Positions 39,436-48,593 are shown, counted from the stretch's first letter. The stretch: 64,000 nucleotides of DNA from an uncultured Spirochaetota bacterium (GCA_963768055.1 CAVYGN010000001.1:544001-608000); one strand, 5' to 3'. The notes: generated from the sequence alone by a model not told the origin. Numbers and translations are program-made.

Positions 39436-40170
39436 TTGGGGAATATTTTGCTAAAATCATTAATTCAGAGAAAAGCATTTGAAAACTGGAAATCAGTTTT
39501 ATTGATTTATTTATTTTGTTTGATAGTTTGCTTTTCATCTGTTTATTTTCATTCAACAATAATGACTATAATAAGCGTGCTTTTATATGCCGTCATAACA
39601 TTTCTTTTTGTAAAAAAAGTATATTGGAAAGAAATTCGGATTCAAAAACCAAATAATTTAAAATATATTTTAATGTGTCTCCCAATTTTAATATTTTTGA
39701 TATTATTTTTTTATTATATCCAGTATATTGCTTTAAAATTTGACGAATCAAATTTTTTTGTTGCATTGGCTAATCAGCAATTGAAATATGGGGTAATAAA
39801 CAATGAAAACAAATGGTTATATTTTCCTCTTACTGTGATCGGCTTTTCAATCATACCATTATCTGAAGATCTGTTTTTCAGGGGTTTAATATTAACAGCA
39901 TTTGAAAATATTTCGAAAAGGAAAAATCATGCTGCTAATATTATTCAGGCTGTCCTATTCGCATTAGTACATATAGCATATTTTTGGACAATAAAAATAA
40001 ATTACTTGTTGATAATTCCATTGTTTATTTGGGTATTATTGGCAGGAATAATATATGGCTGGTTAACACAAAAGACTAATTCTATTATTTCCTCAATGAT
40101 AGCACATGGTATCAATGATGTAATTACAATGATTATTGTATATTTACTTGTTATTCCATATTTAAAATAA
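39436..40170 (+). CDS. CPBP/Abi (CAAX) family intramembrane protease
   Basis: PLSEDLFFRG, LFALVH, SMIAHGIND. Confidence 0.85.
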   Translation: MGNILLKSLIQRKAFENWKSVLLIYLFCLIVCFSSVYFHSTIMTIISVLLYAVITFLFVKKVYWKEIRIQKPNNLKYILMCLPILIFLILFFYYIQYIALKFDESNFFVALANQQLKYGVINNENKWLYFPLTVIGFSIIPLSEDLFFRGLILTAFENISKRKNHAANIIQAVLFALVHIAYFWTIKINYLLIIPLFIWVLLAGIIYGWLTQKTNSIISSMIAHGINDVITMIIVYLLVIPYLK

Positions 40171-40198
40171 AGAGTGTGTAAGTGCTTTATTTACTATT

Positions 40199-40212
40199 CG
40201 GAGAGAGGGGGA
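40199..40212 (-). repeat. 14-bp att-core-like repeat CGGAGAGAGGGGGA, copy 2
   Basis: Identical to 16340-16353. Confidence 0.6.
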
Positions 40213-40299
40213 AACAACAAATTATTGAGAGATACCACTAACTCATTCTAAAATATAGATTTCGGACTCACCAATTCAAAATATTACCAAATATATATC

Positions 40300-40331
40300 G
40301 TATCAAAACGGTTTCGATACGGTATCAAAAC
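40300..40331. repeat. Three 10-bp units at 11-bp period (GTATCAAAAC, inverted GTTTCGATAC, GTATCAAAAC), resembling integrase arm sites
   Basis: Units at 40300, 40311 and 40322, ~100 bp from the att-like core. Confidence 0.5.
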
Positions 40332-40455
40332 TGCCCTGAAATAGTGTTAAAATATATTAAAAATGGTCTACTTTTAAGTCAATTTTTGAGGTAAATTAAA
40401 TAAAAAAAGCGCCCTTTGCAGACGCTAATTCTTTATGATCAACCCAGCAGGGTCT

Positions 40456-40710
40456 TTATTTTTCCCCTTCCTTCAGCCGGTTTTCAAATTCCTTCATAAA
40501 TTTTAATGGTGATATTCCAATGGCAAGGCATATATTTCTAAATTCAATAAAATCTAATCTTCTTTCAAGGCTTTCATATTTCGAAACATAAGAGTGATTA
40601 GCCCAGCCCAGCTTTTCTGCAAGCTCGTTTTGAGTGAGGTTCTTTTTAATTCTGTGATCTTTCAACAAATCTATAAATAAATTGTATTCATTATTATGAA
40701 TAGATTTCAT
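40456..40710 (-). CDS. XRE-family HTH regulator
   Basis: RIKKNLTQNELAEKLG...SYVSKYESLERRLDFIEF. Confidence 0.9.
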   Translation of the reverse strand: MKSIHNNEYNLFIDLLKDHRIKKNLTQNELAEKLGWANHSYVSKYESLERRLDFIEFRNICLAIGISPLKFMKEFENRLKEGEK

Positions 40711-40721
40711 AAATTATTCCT

Positions 40722-40778
40722 TGTTCGATATTTGAACATTATTATATAAAAAATTGACAAATGATCGAACATCGAACA
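40722..40778. promoter_or_regulatory. Two 17-bp operator-like palindromes upstream of the XRE gene
   Basis: TGTTCGATATTTGAACA (40722-40738) and TGATCGAACATCGAACA (40762-40778), flanking TTGACA at 40754. Confidence 0.55.
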
Positions 40779-41032
40779 TGATTAATTGAATTAAAACTAA
40801 TGCTTTATTAATTAAGTTTTATGATTATTTCTCAAAGACAAAAAAAATATTCCCATATATTTTATATCAAGGGACGGTTATGTCCTTCATGGATATTATT
40901 ATTAGGCTATTAAGAAAATTTAGATATAAATTATTTTCGTTAAGCCGACTTTTTACCGGTATCATCCACCAATATTACACCACAATAAAAATAAAGAATA
41001 AATCTAATAGGATATAAAATAGGAGGAATTAT

Positions 41033-41392
41033 ATGAAAGTTAAGGTATTGGTTATTTCATTGCTAATGTTTTTTGCGATGTCAATCTCTGCTTATGCCGA
41101 CAATGGGGGACTAACCTTATTGAGTGCCAACATTGTTAATGCTTCAGGACAAAATTACACAGGATATGTAACTGGGGAAATTGCAAATAATAACAATTAT
41201 CCTGTTAAAAATGTCAGCGTAGAATTCTGCATTTATGATGCAAGTGGCGGGTTGCTACAGATGGCGAGCGATAGTTGGAAGGGACCTTTAGCTGCAAACA
41301 GTCAATTCCGATTCTACGTTCCATTTTATATTATTAGTGGAACTCCTTCAAGATGCGATCTCTACTATCTAAACTGTTTACCAGCTCAATAA
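41033..41392 (+). CDS. Secreted FxLYD-domain-like protein
   Basis: Signal peptide; VTGEIANN..YPVKNVSVEFCIYDASG; AGGAGG RBS. Confidence 0.75.
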   Translation: MKVKVLVISLLMFFAMSISAYADNGGLTLLSANIVNASGQNYTGYVTGEIANNNNYPVKNVSVEFCIYDASGGLLQMASDSWKGPLAANSQFRFYVPFYIISGTPSRCDLYYLNCLPAQ

Positions 41393-41605
41393 TTAATAAA
41401 GAAATAAATACGAAAATCCTATTAGATTCTGGGGCGCTTGAGATTTTATTTAATTAATAATTTTAAAAATGCCCCAAACGGGTGAAGTCTATTTCCATAT
41501 AGGTTTGAAATAAATTTGGAAGTATGCTTTACTTGATTGTGAAAGGGGGGCTCTGGATGCCCCTTTTAATTTGATATAATTTTAACTTTGAATAGGAGGT
41601 TATAT

Positions 41606-41788
41606 ATGTCAGAAAATTCACCTGGTGGGATAGTAGCGACAGATACGGGTATAATTTTAGGTTGTGCAGGGCTTGGGGCGGCGATTGGATCAACAGTTCC
41701 TATTTTAGGAACAGCTATAGGTACAGGAATTGGTGGAATTGTTGGTGGAATTTTAGTAATTGTAAAAGAAGTCGCCAATAGACAATAA
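41606..41788 (+). CDS. 60-aa glycine-zipper membrane peptide
   Basis: AGGAGGT RBS; GCAGLGAAIGSTVPILGTAIGTGIGGIVGG. Confidence 0.7.
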   Translation: MSENSPGGIVATDTGIILGCAGLGAAIGSTVPILGTAIGTGIGGIVGGILVIVKEVANRQ

Positions 41789-42429
41789 ATACATTTGCTA
41801 AATACATGTTATAATCGGGGCAACACTAAAATGCTGATGCATCAATTGCTTGATAATGAAAGAGAGACATTAAGAAAACATTATTAGAATATTACAGCCT
41901 TGATAGATTGGCGATGGTAAAAGTATTAGAAAAGCTCTATTTAATCAAACCATAAAACCTCATAATTTAATAGTGTTCCACTACAATTTATTTCAATCCC
42001 TTCAATATCAATATATTCCTTTCATCATATTCAATAAATTTCATTCAAAAAATTCAAATTCATACTGCTTTAAAAAATTACATTTCCATTCAATGATTCA
42101 AATTGATTCCAGTTGTTCAAAATTCAAATTCTTATAATTACCGTGGCTTCTAAAAGATGAACAGATTTATGCTACTAAATTATACTTCATTAATTCTCAA
42201 AATATTCTTAGGTCTACCGGAGCTCCTGAATTATTCCATATTACTTTGAATATTCAACATGTCTATTCATCTGATAGTATAAAATTCTTTAATCAAAAAA
42301 TTTATCCAGGCTGAATATGACAAAGCAGGAAATTTATTAAGGCTGAGGGAAAATTAGCCTTGCTGATAATATCAATTTTGCCTCCCATTCCCCCTCATCC
42401 TTTTCGTATCTTAAACTTCAATTTGGTAT

Positions 42430-42453
42430 AAAGCCTCCATAAAGAGGCTTTTT
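42430..42453 (+). terminator. Intrinsic terminator-like hairpin
   Basis: AAAGCCTC-CATAAA-GAGGCTTTTT. Confidence 0.5.
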
Positions 42454-43002
42454 ATGGAATATGAGGTATTTGAGGATAGCAAAGACCAGGTTAACAGTTA
42501 TTACAAAGGAATAGGCTATACCAAGTTCAAGCTGTGGTTTGGTTTCCCATACCGCTATTTTTGTAGCAAGAGCGAGCGAATTAAGAAAGATTTTTTTGAT
42601 GAGCTTCAGCAGATAATCAAAGTCGCAAAAGTAATATGGGATTCTTTGTCTGAGGATGAAAAGGACAAGAAATCTTATATGCGCATCCTGAAAACTGAGT
42701 TCAGCCAATTTGTTAAGGCTAATGGATTCCATTACAAGGGGGCAAGCATACGGTGCAAAGAAAAATCGCTTGATGATACCCCTGAACTGAGCATCAATGA
42801 ATCAGGATACAGCAAGGTTGAACTGATTGAAAGCATTAAAGCGAAATTCCGCAATATGGGTATTACTCCCCAGGAGATCATCGACTATGATAAGAAAAGC
42901 TTTTACAAGAAATTTGGCTATTGCAAATATGTGGAACTATTAGTGCCGATCCTGAAGCAGAATCTTTTAGCCTGCAGGGAGTATGGGATATATTTTAACT
43001 AA
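42454..43002 (+). CDS. Hypothetical protein
   Basis: 182-aa ORF followed by a terminator; no motif recognised. Confidence 0.6.
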   Translation: MEYEVFEDSKDQVNSYYKGIGYTKFKLWFGFPYRYFCSKSERIKKDFFDELQQIIKVAKVIWDSLSEDEKDKKSYMRILKTEFSQFVKANGFHYKGASIRCKEKSLDDTPELSINESGYSKVELIESIKAKFRNMGITPQEIIDYDKKSFYKKFGYCKYVELLVPILKQNLLACREYGIYFN

Positions 43003-43043
43003 TGTATTAAAAAGTCTCTGCCATAAGATAAAGTTAATCTGTT

Positions 43044-43068
43044 GGGGGATTTTGTCCCCCTCTTTTTT
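43044..43068 (+). terminator. Intrinsic terminator
   Basis: GGGGGA-TTTTG-TCCCCC followed by TCTTTTTT. Confidence 0.65.
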
Positions 43069-43280
43069 GCATCTCATAAATTTATTTCAAAACAACCTCT
43101 ATAATCCATCTCTTTATCTGTATCTTATCCTAAATCACATATTACAGCAATTCATCATGCATAGAGGGGGCAGAACAGCATTATTTAGGGGGTATTAGAA
43201 TAAAAAAACGGGAAATAGTTCTGTCATCCTGTCTTACTTGATATAAAATTAAGGACAAATAAAAGATAAAGGAGATAAGC

Positions 43281-43565
43281 ATGAAAAAAGAATTAAAAGC
43301 TCAACTTGACCGGATTGAAAAACTGCTTCTGGAAGGAAGAGAGAATATTCTGGAAGAAAGAAAACGACCGCTCACTCTTGAGCAAGCCAGTCGATATTTG
43401 CATATGTCAAAAAGCCATTTGTACAAGCTCACTTCTACCAGAAAAATCCCATTTTATCGGGCTCCAGGTGGTAAATTCATTTATTTCAATTTGAATGAGC
43501 TGGAAAAGTGGGCATTCTCTCGTAAGATAAAGACGGATGAGGAGATTAAAGCTGAGATAGAATAA
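43281..43565 (+). CDS. Excisionase-like HTH_17 DNA-binding protein
   Basis: LTLEQASRYLHMSKSHLYKLTSTRKIPFY..PGGK.IYF...EL.KW. Confidence 0.88.
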   Translation: MKKELKAQLDRIEKLLLEGRENILEERKRPLTLEQASRYLHMSKSHLYKLTSTRKIPFYRAPGGKFIYFNLNELEKWAFSRKIKTDEEIKAEIE

Positions 43566-43678
43566 AAAGTTATTTTATCTTGATTTTATTCCGTAAAATA
43601 ATTATATAATAATTGTTGACTTTCTAATTTATGCTTTACAATATAATGGAGTATTTTTAATTAATGGAGGAATATGTA

Positions 43679-44224
43679 ATGATAAGCTATAAATTTAATG
43701 AAAAAAAAGCTATTCAGTTAATTGCATTTTTCCTCAAGCAATCAACTATTGATAATGCAAATTATACAAAAATTATTAAACTTTTATATTTGGCAGACAG
43801 AGAAGCTTTAAAAAGGTGGGGAAGGACAATAACAAAAGACGTTTATGCAAATCTTCCGGCTGGTCCAATTGTAAGCGAAACCTATGATTTAATTAAAACA
43901 ATAAAAAATGGGACTAATGAATTTATTGGTTCAAAATCTGAATATGATTTAGAATTAAAAATTGACCCCGACGATGATGAATTAAGCAATGCTGAAATCA
44001 GGATACTTAGTGAAATATCTGAAAAGTATAAAAACAAAACGTTTCAACAAATGATTAAAGTGGTTCATAATCTACCTGAATGGGTTGATCCAAAACCTCG
44101 GGGAAGAAAATCTTTATCAGTTGAAAATATTTTAGAAGCTTTAGCTAAAACAGATGAAGAAATCAAAGAAATTGAAGTATCAAATAAAGAAGAAAACTAT
44201 TTAATTAATGTCTTAGGATCATAA
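43679..44224 (+). CDS. Panacea (DUF4065/SocA-like) antitoxin
   Basis: KAIQLIAFFL, KIIKLLYLADR, ITKDVY..LPAGP, H.LPEW; alternative start at 43664. Confidence 0.85.
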   Translation: MISYKFNEKKAIQLIAFFLKQSTIDNANYTKIIKLLYLADREALKRWGRTITKDVYANLPAGPIVSETYDLIKTIKNGTNEFIGSKSEYDLELKIDPDDDELSNAEIRILSEISEKYKNKTFQQMIKVVHNLPEWVDPKPRGRKSLSVENILEALAKTDEEIKEIEVSNKEENYLINVLGS

Positions 44225-44225
44225 G

Positions 44226-44615
44226 ATGGAAAAAGGGGGGACCTTTTATGGTAATCCTGAAGAAGCCCCTCAATGGCATCTACATTGTATAATTACAGAT
44301 CCATCCGAACATAAAGAAAAAGGGAAATGCCTTTATGTTCATATGATTTCATTTAAAGAAGATAATCCGGATCAAGACTGTTCATGCATTTTAAATAAAG
44401 GTGATCATCCGTTTATAACTCGTCCAACTTGTATAAATTATGCTGCCGCAAGGGAAGCAAATATTGATGATATTGAGAATGCTATTGATCGATGTATGTG
44501 CATAGAACATCCGTCTCTATCATCAGAAGTTTTAGAGAGAATACGTGAAGGAGCAAGAGTTTCTGAACATTTACCCAGAAAATTCAAGTATTTATTTGAT
44601 ATTAATAAAGTTTAA
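44226..44615 (+). CDS. Putative toxin partner (PemK/MazF-like fold suspected)
   Basis: Starts 1 bp after the Panacea gene; HLHCIITDP and SCILNKGDHPFITRPTCINY motifs. Confidence 0.6.
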   Translation: MEKGGTFYGNPEEAPQWHLHCIITDPSEHKEKGKCLYVHMISFKEDNPDQDCSCILNKGDHPFITRPTCINYAAAREANIDDIENAIDRCMCIEHPSLSSEVLERIREGARVSEHLPRKFKYLFDINKV

Positions 44616-44656
44616 AAGATTATCGCAATTTATAGACTAACACTATAACTTCTACT

Positions 44657-45109
44657 TTAATCATTATCATTAGGTGATCCGGCAAAATAATCTATTATAA
44701 AATTAAGTGCTTCTTTATCATCTAGCTCTAATTTATCTATATATTCTTTGGCGGTCTCATCAAATTCTTCATCAGGTTTAATAAAATCTCTTTTCATGAA
44801 AATCATACGACCATCTTTTAAAAGGGCTAACTCTTTAACTCTGTTTCTGCTTTCACTCCCGGTACCATCATTTTGGACTTCTATTTCAAAACTGTAAGGT
44901 GCATATCCACAATAAGAGTATTGTTCATCCTTATAATTGCAGGGTATATTAAAATAAGGACAAAGCGCATTTGAATGAGGGCAAGGATCATAAATGTAAG
45001 GACCAAAAACACCCTTATAAGTGAAATGTTCTAAAAATTGAACGAACCCATCCATACATTCTATTTCTACATCAAATGAATCATCAATCATAATAAGACC
45101 TCTAATCAT
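44657..45109 (-). CDS. Hypothetical acidic, Cys-containing protein
   Basis: ORF downstream of the primase gene; no family recognised. Confidence 0.55.
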   Translation of the reverse strand: MIRGLIMIDDSFDVEIECMDGFVQFLEHFTYKGVFGPYIYDPCPHSNALCPYFNIPCNYKDEQYSYCGYAPYSFEIEVQNDGTGSESRNRVKELALLKDGRMIFMKRDFIKPDEEFDETAKEYIDKLELDDKEALNFIIDYFAGSPNDND

Positions 45110-45130
45110 AGGGGGCTTATGCCCCCCTTT

Positions 45131-47782
45131 TTAAAATTCTGGTTCTTCAACAGTTCCTTCCTTCAGGGTAGAATTATTTTGTGGTTTTGGGGCAGGTTCA
45201 GCTTTAGGGACCTCTGTTTTATTATCGAATAATTCTGTGAATAATTCCCCTGATAAATCAATGATGATAAAATTGGTTTTTTCACGCTGCCCGTTTTTAT
45301 AGGTATGAGTTGTTCTTCTTTTTTTCAAGATTGTTGAATTCTTTTCCAACATCATGCTGGCGGAAGCGATTGTGGGATTTTGAATGAAATTAAGATCCTT
45401 TAGAAGCCTTAAAAATTCAATTTGGGGGATATATAATGTCTTTACCCCAGCTTTAAAATCCGATATATAATCGGGCTTCTCACAACAATTTTCACCCCAA
45501 TCGATTATCGCAAAAATGAAATCGGCGACATTATTCCGTTCTGAGGGGGATTTTTTATAAAGGCTCAGGATATATTCATAAGTAAGATTACTATCAATAC
45601 TAAATCCGAGATAATTGACTCCGACGAGAATAATAGACCATAATAAAGAGATTCTGCCTAAGTATGGTGAATATTTATCAATCCCTTCTTTGAGTGATTT
45701 TATAAGCGTAATCACTTTTTCATAATCGTTTATAATAGAATCATAAAGGTATAAGAAATACATTAGAATTTCATCCGCATTCTGTTGGACATAATCCTGA
45801 AGTTCACCGGCATATTCAGTTCTGATCCCATTTGAAGTATTCATCTTTATTTGAATGAATCTGCTTGAAAGAGCTTCATCGATAGTGGTAGAATTTGTGG
45901 TAAAGAGCAATGAGTTTCTAAAGATGGTATCAATTTCAACACCGTTGCGGTTCCTCATTCTATCGATATTTGTGATAGCTTCTTTAAGAAAAACCTTCAT
46001 ATTATCCTTGTCCTCATAATTAGAAAATTCGTCCATGAGGACAAACGAGTTCTGCATATATTTCTGTTGGTTGAAAATCTGATAAATTGTCGGCTGGCAT
46101 ATGCGCTTAATATTGAATATCTTTTCGCAAAGGTCTAATAGAACTGTTTTCCCTGAATATCTCTCTCCTTCCAGGGCGAATATTGGGAAAGCATTAAAAT
46201 CGTTTAATAACCTGTTCCTTAACAATCCCATCAATTGCCAGCCTATAAAGAGCTTCACAAAGAGAGGGTCTTTGTAGGCTTTTATGAGCGTATTGGAATA
46301 TTCCGTGAATATGCCCTTATAATCAGCATTTTCTTTAGGGATTCTATCTGTTTTTATCCATCTGTCATTAGGCATCGATTCAACATAGTATTTTTTGCCT
46401 TCGATCTCAATAATAGGATTTGCTTCTGTAAATTTGAAAACATTGCCCTTATAAACAGCAAATTTAGCATCCACAAAAATATCGTTATTATTCATGCCGA
46501 CTTCCAATCTGTCAATGTTTTGGCAATGGGTCAATGAGTAAGAAAACAGGGTATTGGCATTATATTTATCAATCAGGATTGAAATGTTTTGGCTTTGAAA
46601 AGCCACTTGTAATTTATCCGCTTTTTCAAAATTGGTCCTTTTCAATTTAAGAAGAGTTTTAATCCCTGTGGCAAGGTTTTCACACTCATAAATAAAGATC
46701 CTGTCTTTCTCGCAGTCATTATCATAGCAATACAGAGGCTTTAAAAGATGTGATGTCTGAATCTTTATCCATTCATTTTCTGTTTTATAAAACATGCCTT
46801 TAGGTGAAAGGGCTATCATAGAACCGTCATCGTTTGAATACTTTTCGTCGGAAGAGTCGAAATCTGTATCAATGATTTTATCCCTTAGAAAATCAGGGTC
46901 TTCTTCTCTTGCATAATGAATAAGAGACCCTAAAGTAATAGGTTTACCTGTGTATTCATCTTGAAATGTGTTCCACTTTTTGTCGCATAGGGCTTGAGTT
47001 TCATCATCATTGAAGCTTAATTTCTGCCAGTCTGAGACGGCAAAGCCACTGTTTTTTAAACCCATTCCCAACTTCAGCCATTCATCATATTCATTGAAAT
47101 ACCTTTTCTTGGATAACTTATCCAGGAGAGCCTGCAGTTCTTTCCTGTCTTTGGCTTTCAGTTCTCTGGAATCCATGAATTTTTCAAGGTCAATTATTTC
47201 TGCTGTCTTGGGCGCTTTCTTTTCCACTGCTTTGAGGGGAATAAATTTTGCATCAGGGTTATAATAGATATGTTCCAAATCCCTTCCTAAAAAGAAAATT
47301 GAATTGCCATACGTCTTGCCCATATCTAAATATGGACCATCCGTTTCATTAGACCGGCTGAAAAAATCAAAATTAAGTTCGTCTTTTAACCGGTATAAAG
47401 CGGACAGTAAAGTAGCATGATAATTTTCCTTGTTTTTCAAATTGCCATCAGTATGAACAAGCACACGAACACCGCCAGACCAGGACTTGTAAGCAAGCAG
47501 AATCCAGTCAAGTCCACATAATTTAGTCCAGTATTTTTCAAACCAATCTGACGGCAAATGATCCAGGTCAATTGCTATTACATCGAGCTCATCCTGATTA
47601 GCCGTATTAGTCTTGACCCCCGGTGTTTGCCCAAAACCTATGCATGGACTGTTTTGCTTGGCATTCGCAAGATTTTCATTACGAATATTCTCCACAGTGC
47701 ATTGCCTGATGAAGTCTGCTATGGGTTTTTCACCGTTCTTCCATCCTTCCCAATAATGGTTCTTAACTTGATAAGATAACAT
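45131..47782 (-). CDS. Primase-helicase: BT4734/VirE-N-like primpol + PriCT-2 + P-loop NTPase
   Basis: IAIDLDHL and KSWSGGVRVLV; YDEWLKLGMGLK...KKWNTF...ITLGSLIHYARE (PriCT-2); GERYSGKT and LMDEF; AAGGAGG RBS. Confidence 0.82.
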   Translation of the reverse strand: MLSYQVKNHYWEGWKNGEKPIADFIRQCTVENIRNENLANAKQNSPCIGFGQTPGVKTNTANQDELDVIAIDLDHLPSDWFEKYWTKLCGLDWILLAYKSWSGGVRVLVHTDGNLKNKENYHATLLSALYRLKDELNFDFFSRSNETDGPYLDMGKTYGNSIFFLGRDLEHIYYNPDAKFIPLKAVEKKAPKTAEIIDLEKFMDSRELKAKDRKELQALLDKLSKKRYFNEYDEWLKLGMGLKNSGFAVSDWQKLSFNDDETQALCDKKWNTFQDEYTGKPITLGSLIHYAREEDPDFLRDKIIDTDFDSSDEKYSNDDGSMIALSPKGMFYKTENEWIKIQTSHLLKPLYCYDNDCEKDRIFIYECENLATGIKTLLKLKRTNFEKADKLQVAFQSQNISILIDKYNANTLFSYSLTHCQNIDRLEVGMNNNDIFVDAKFAVYKGNVFKFTEANPIIEIEGKKYYVESMPNDRWIKTDRIPKENADYKGIFTEYSNTLIKAYKDPLFVKLFIGWQLMGLLRNRLLNDFNAFPIFALEGERYSGKTVLLDLCEKIFNIKRICQPTIYQIFNQQKYMQNSFVLMDEFSNYEDKDNMKVFLKEAITNIDRMRNRNGVEIDTIFRNSLLFTTNSTTIDEALSSRFIQIKMNTSNGIRTEYAGELQDYVQQNADEILMYFLYLYDSIINDYEKVITLIKSLKEGIDKYSPYLGRISLLWSIILVGVNYLGFSIDSNLTYEYILSLYKKSPSERNNVADFIFAIIDWGENCCEKPDYISDFKAGVKTLYIPQIEFLRLLKDLNFIQNPTIASASMMLEKNSTILKKRRTTHTYKNGQREKTNFIIIDLSGELFTELFDNKTEVPKAEPAPKPQNNSTLKEGTVEEPEF

Positions 47783-47809
47783 ATATATCCTCCTTATTAA
47801 TTTCAGGGC

Positions 47810-47891
47810 AAAAAAAAAGTCAGATTGCCTCTCGCCTCTTAAAGCTATTTTGTAGCCCTAAAGAGCTTCACCGCGAAAAGTAATCTGACTT
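47810..47891 (-). terminator. Long bulged hairpin + U9 tract directly upstream of the primase RBS (attenuator-like leader)
   Basis: On the minus strand AAGTCAGATTACTTTTCGC pairs with GCGAGAGGCAATCTGACTT (G-U pairs, one mismatch); inner stem CTCTTTAGGGCTA/TAGCTTTAAGAG. Confidence 0.7.
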
Positions 47892-48229
47892 AATATTCAA
47901 AATTCACTTAGTGAAGTTTTGTGAATTTGAATTAAATGGAGAATGAAATTTTCATTCCCGAATTAAAGGAAAATAATCTAAATTTTTTAGAACTAATTTT
48001 GATATTTATATAGATTGTGGTGAGATAAATGAATTGTGCCTGTATTTGTAATCTAAAAAATATTGAATATTTGGAATGAAAATAAAAATGCGGTCCCATT
48101 TTTGCTTGAGACCGCACCCCGGATTTACACCCGTTTTATTAATAAGAAGGATAAATTTAATCATCTTAATCAAAAAATATATGAAAAATAGATAGGTCAA
48201 AATTGCCGGAAGGCTTGTAAACGTTGAGG

Positions 48230-48483
48230 TACGCAGGGTGCGCAGGCGCTACGCACCTGAGTTGCGCCAACTATATCTATATTATATATACATTTATATC
48301 AATATTTTAATAGATACGCAGGTACGTAGGCTGGAAATGCCCCTTAAGAAAAAATTTTTTTTGAAAAATATTTTTTAAAATATAGGGGGGCACACTTTGA
48401 AAAGGGTGCGTAGTTGCGTAGCCCTTATTTTATATAGCTTCCGGCTACGTCAAGGGTGCGTACTAAATGCGTAAGGGTGCGTA
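48230..48483. repeat. Iteron cluster / putative replication origin
   Basis: TACGCA at 48230, 48250, 48315; inverted TGCGTA at 48407, 48415, 48457, 48468, 48478; AT-rich core between them. Confidence 0.75.
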
Positions 48484-48593
48484 GGGCAACATCCTCAATG
48501 ATGAACCATTGCTTACCGAAGATTTCAATCGACTCGACATTTTATACAAGTAGTGCCCGGCAGCTAATTGGGGAATACTTCCTGATTCAAACC

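Larger units (their letters stand above)
40199..48490. mobile_element. Phage-satellite/integrative-element remnant (XRE, Xis, TA, primase-helicase, origin); no integrase seen
   Basis: Gene content, AT-rich composition, att-like left end, iteron cluster at the right end. Confidence 0.65.
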
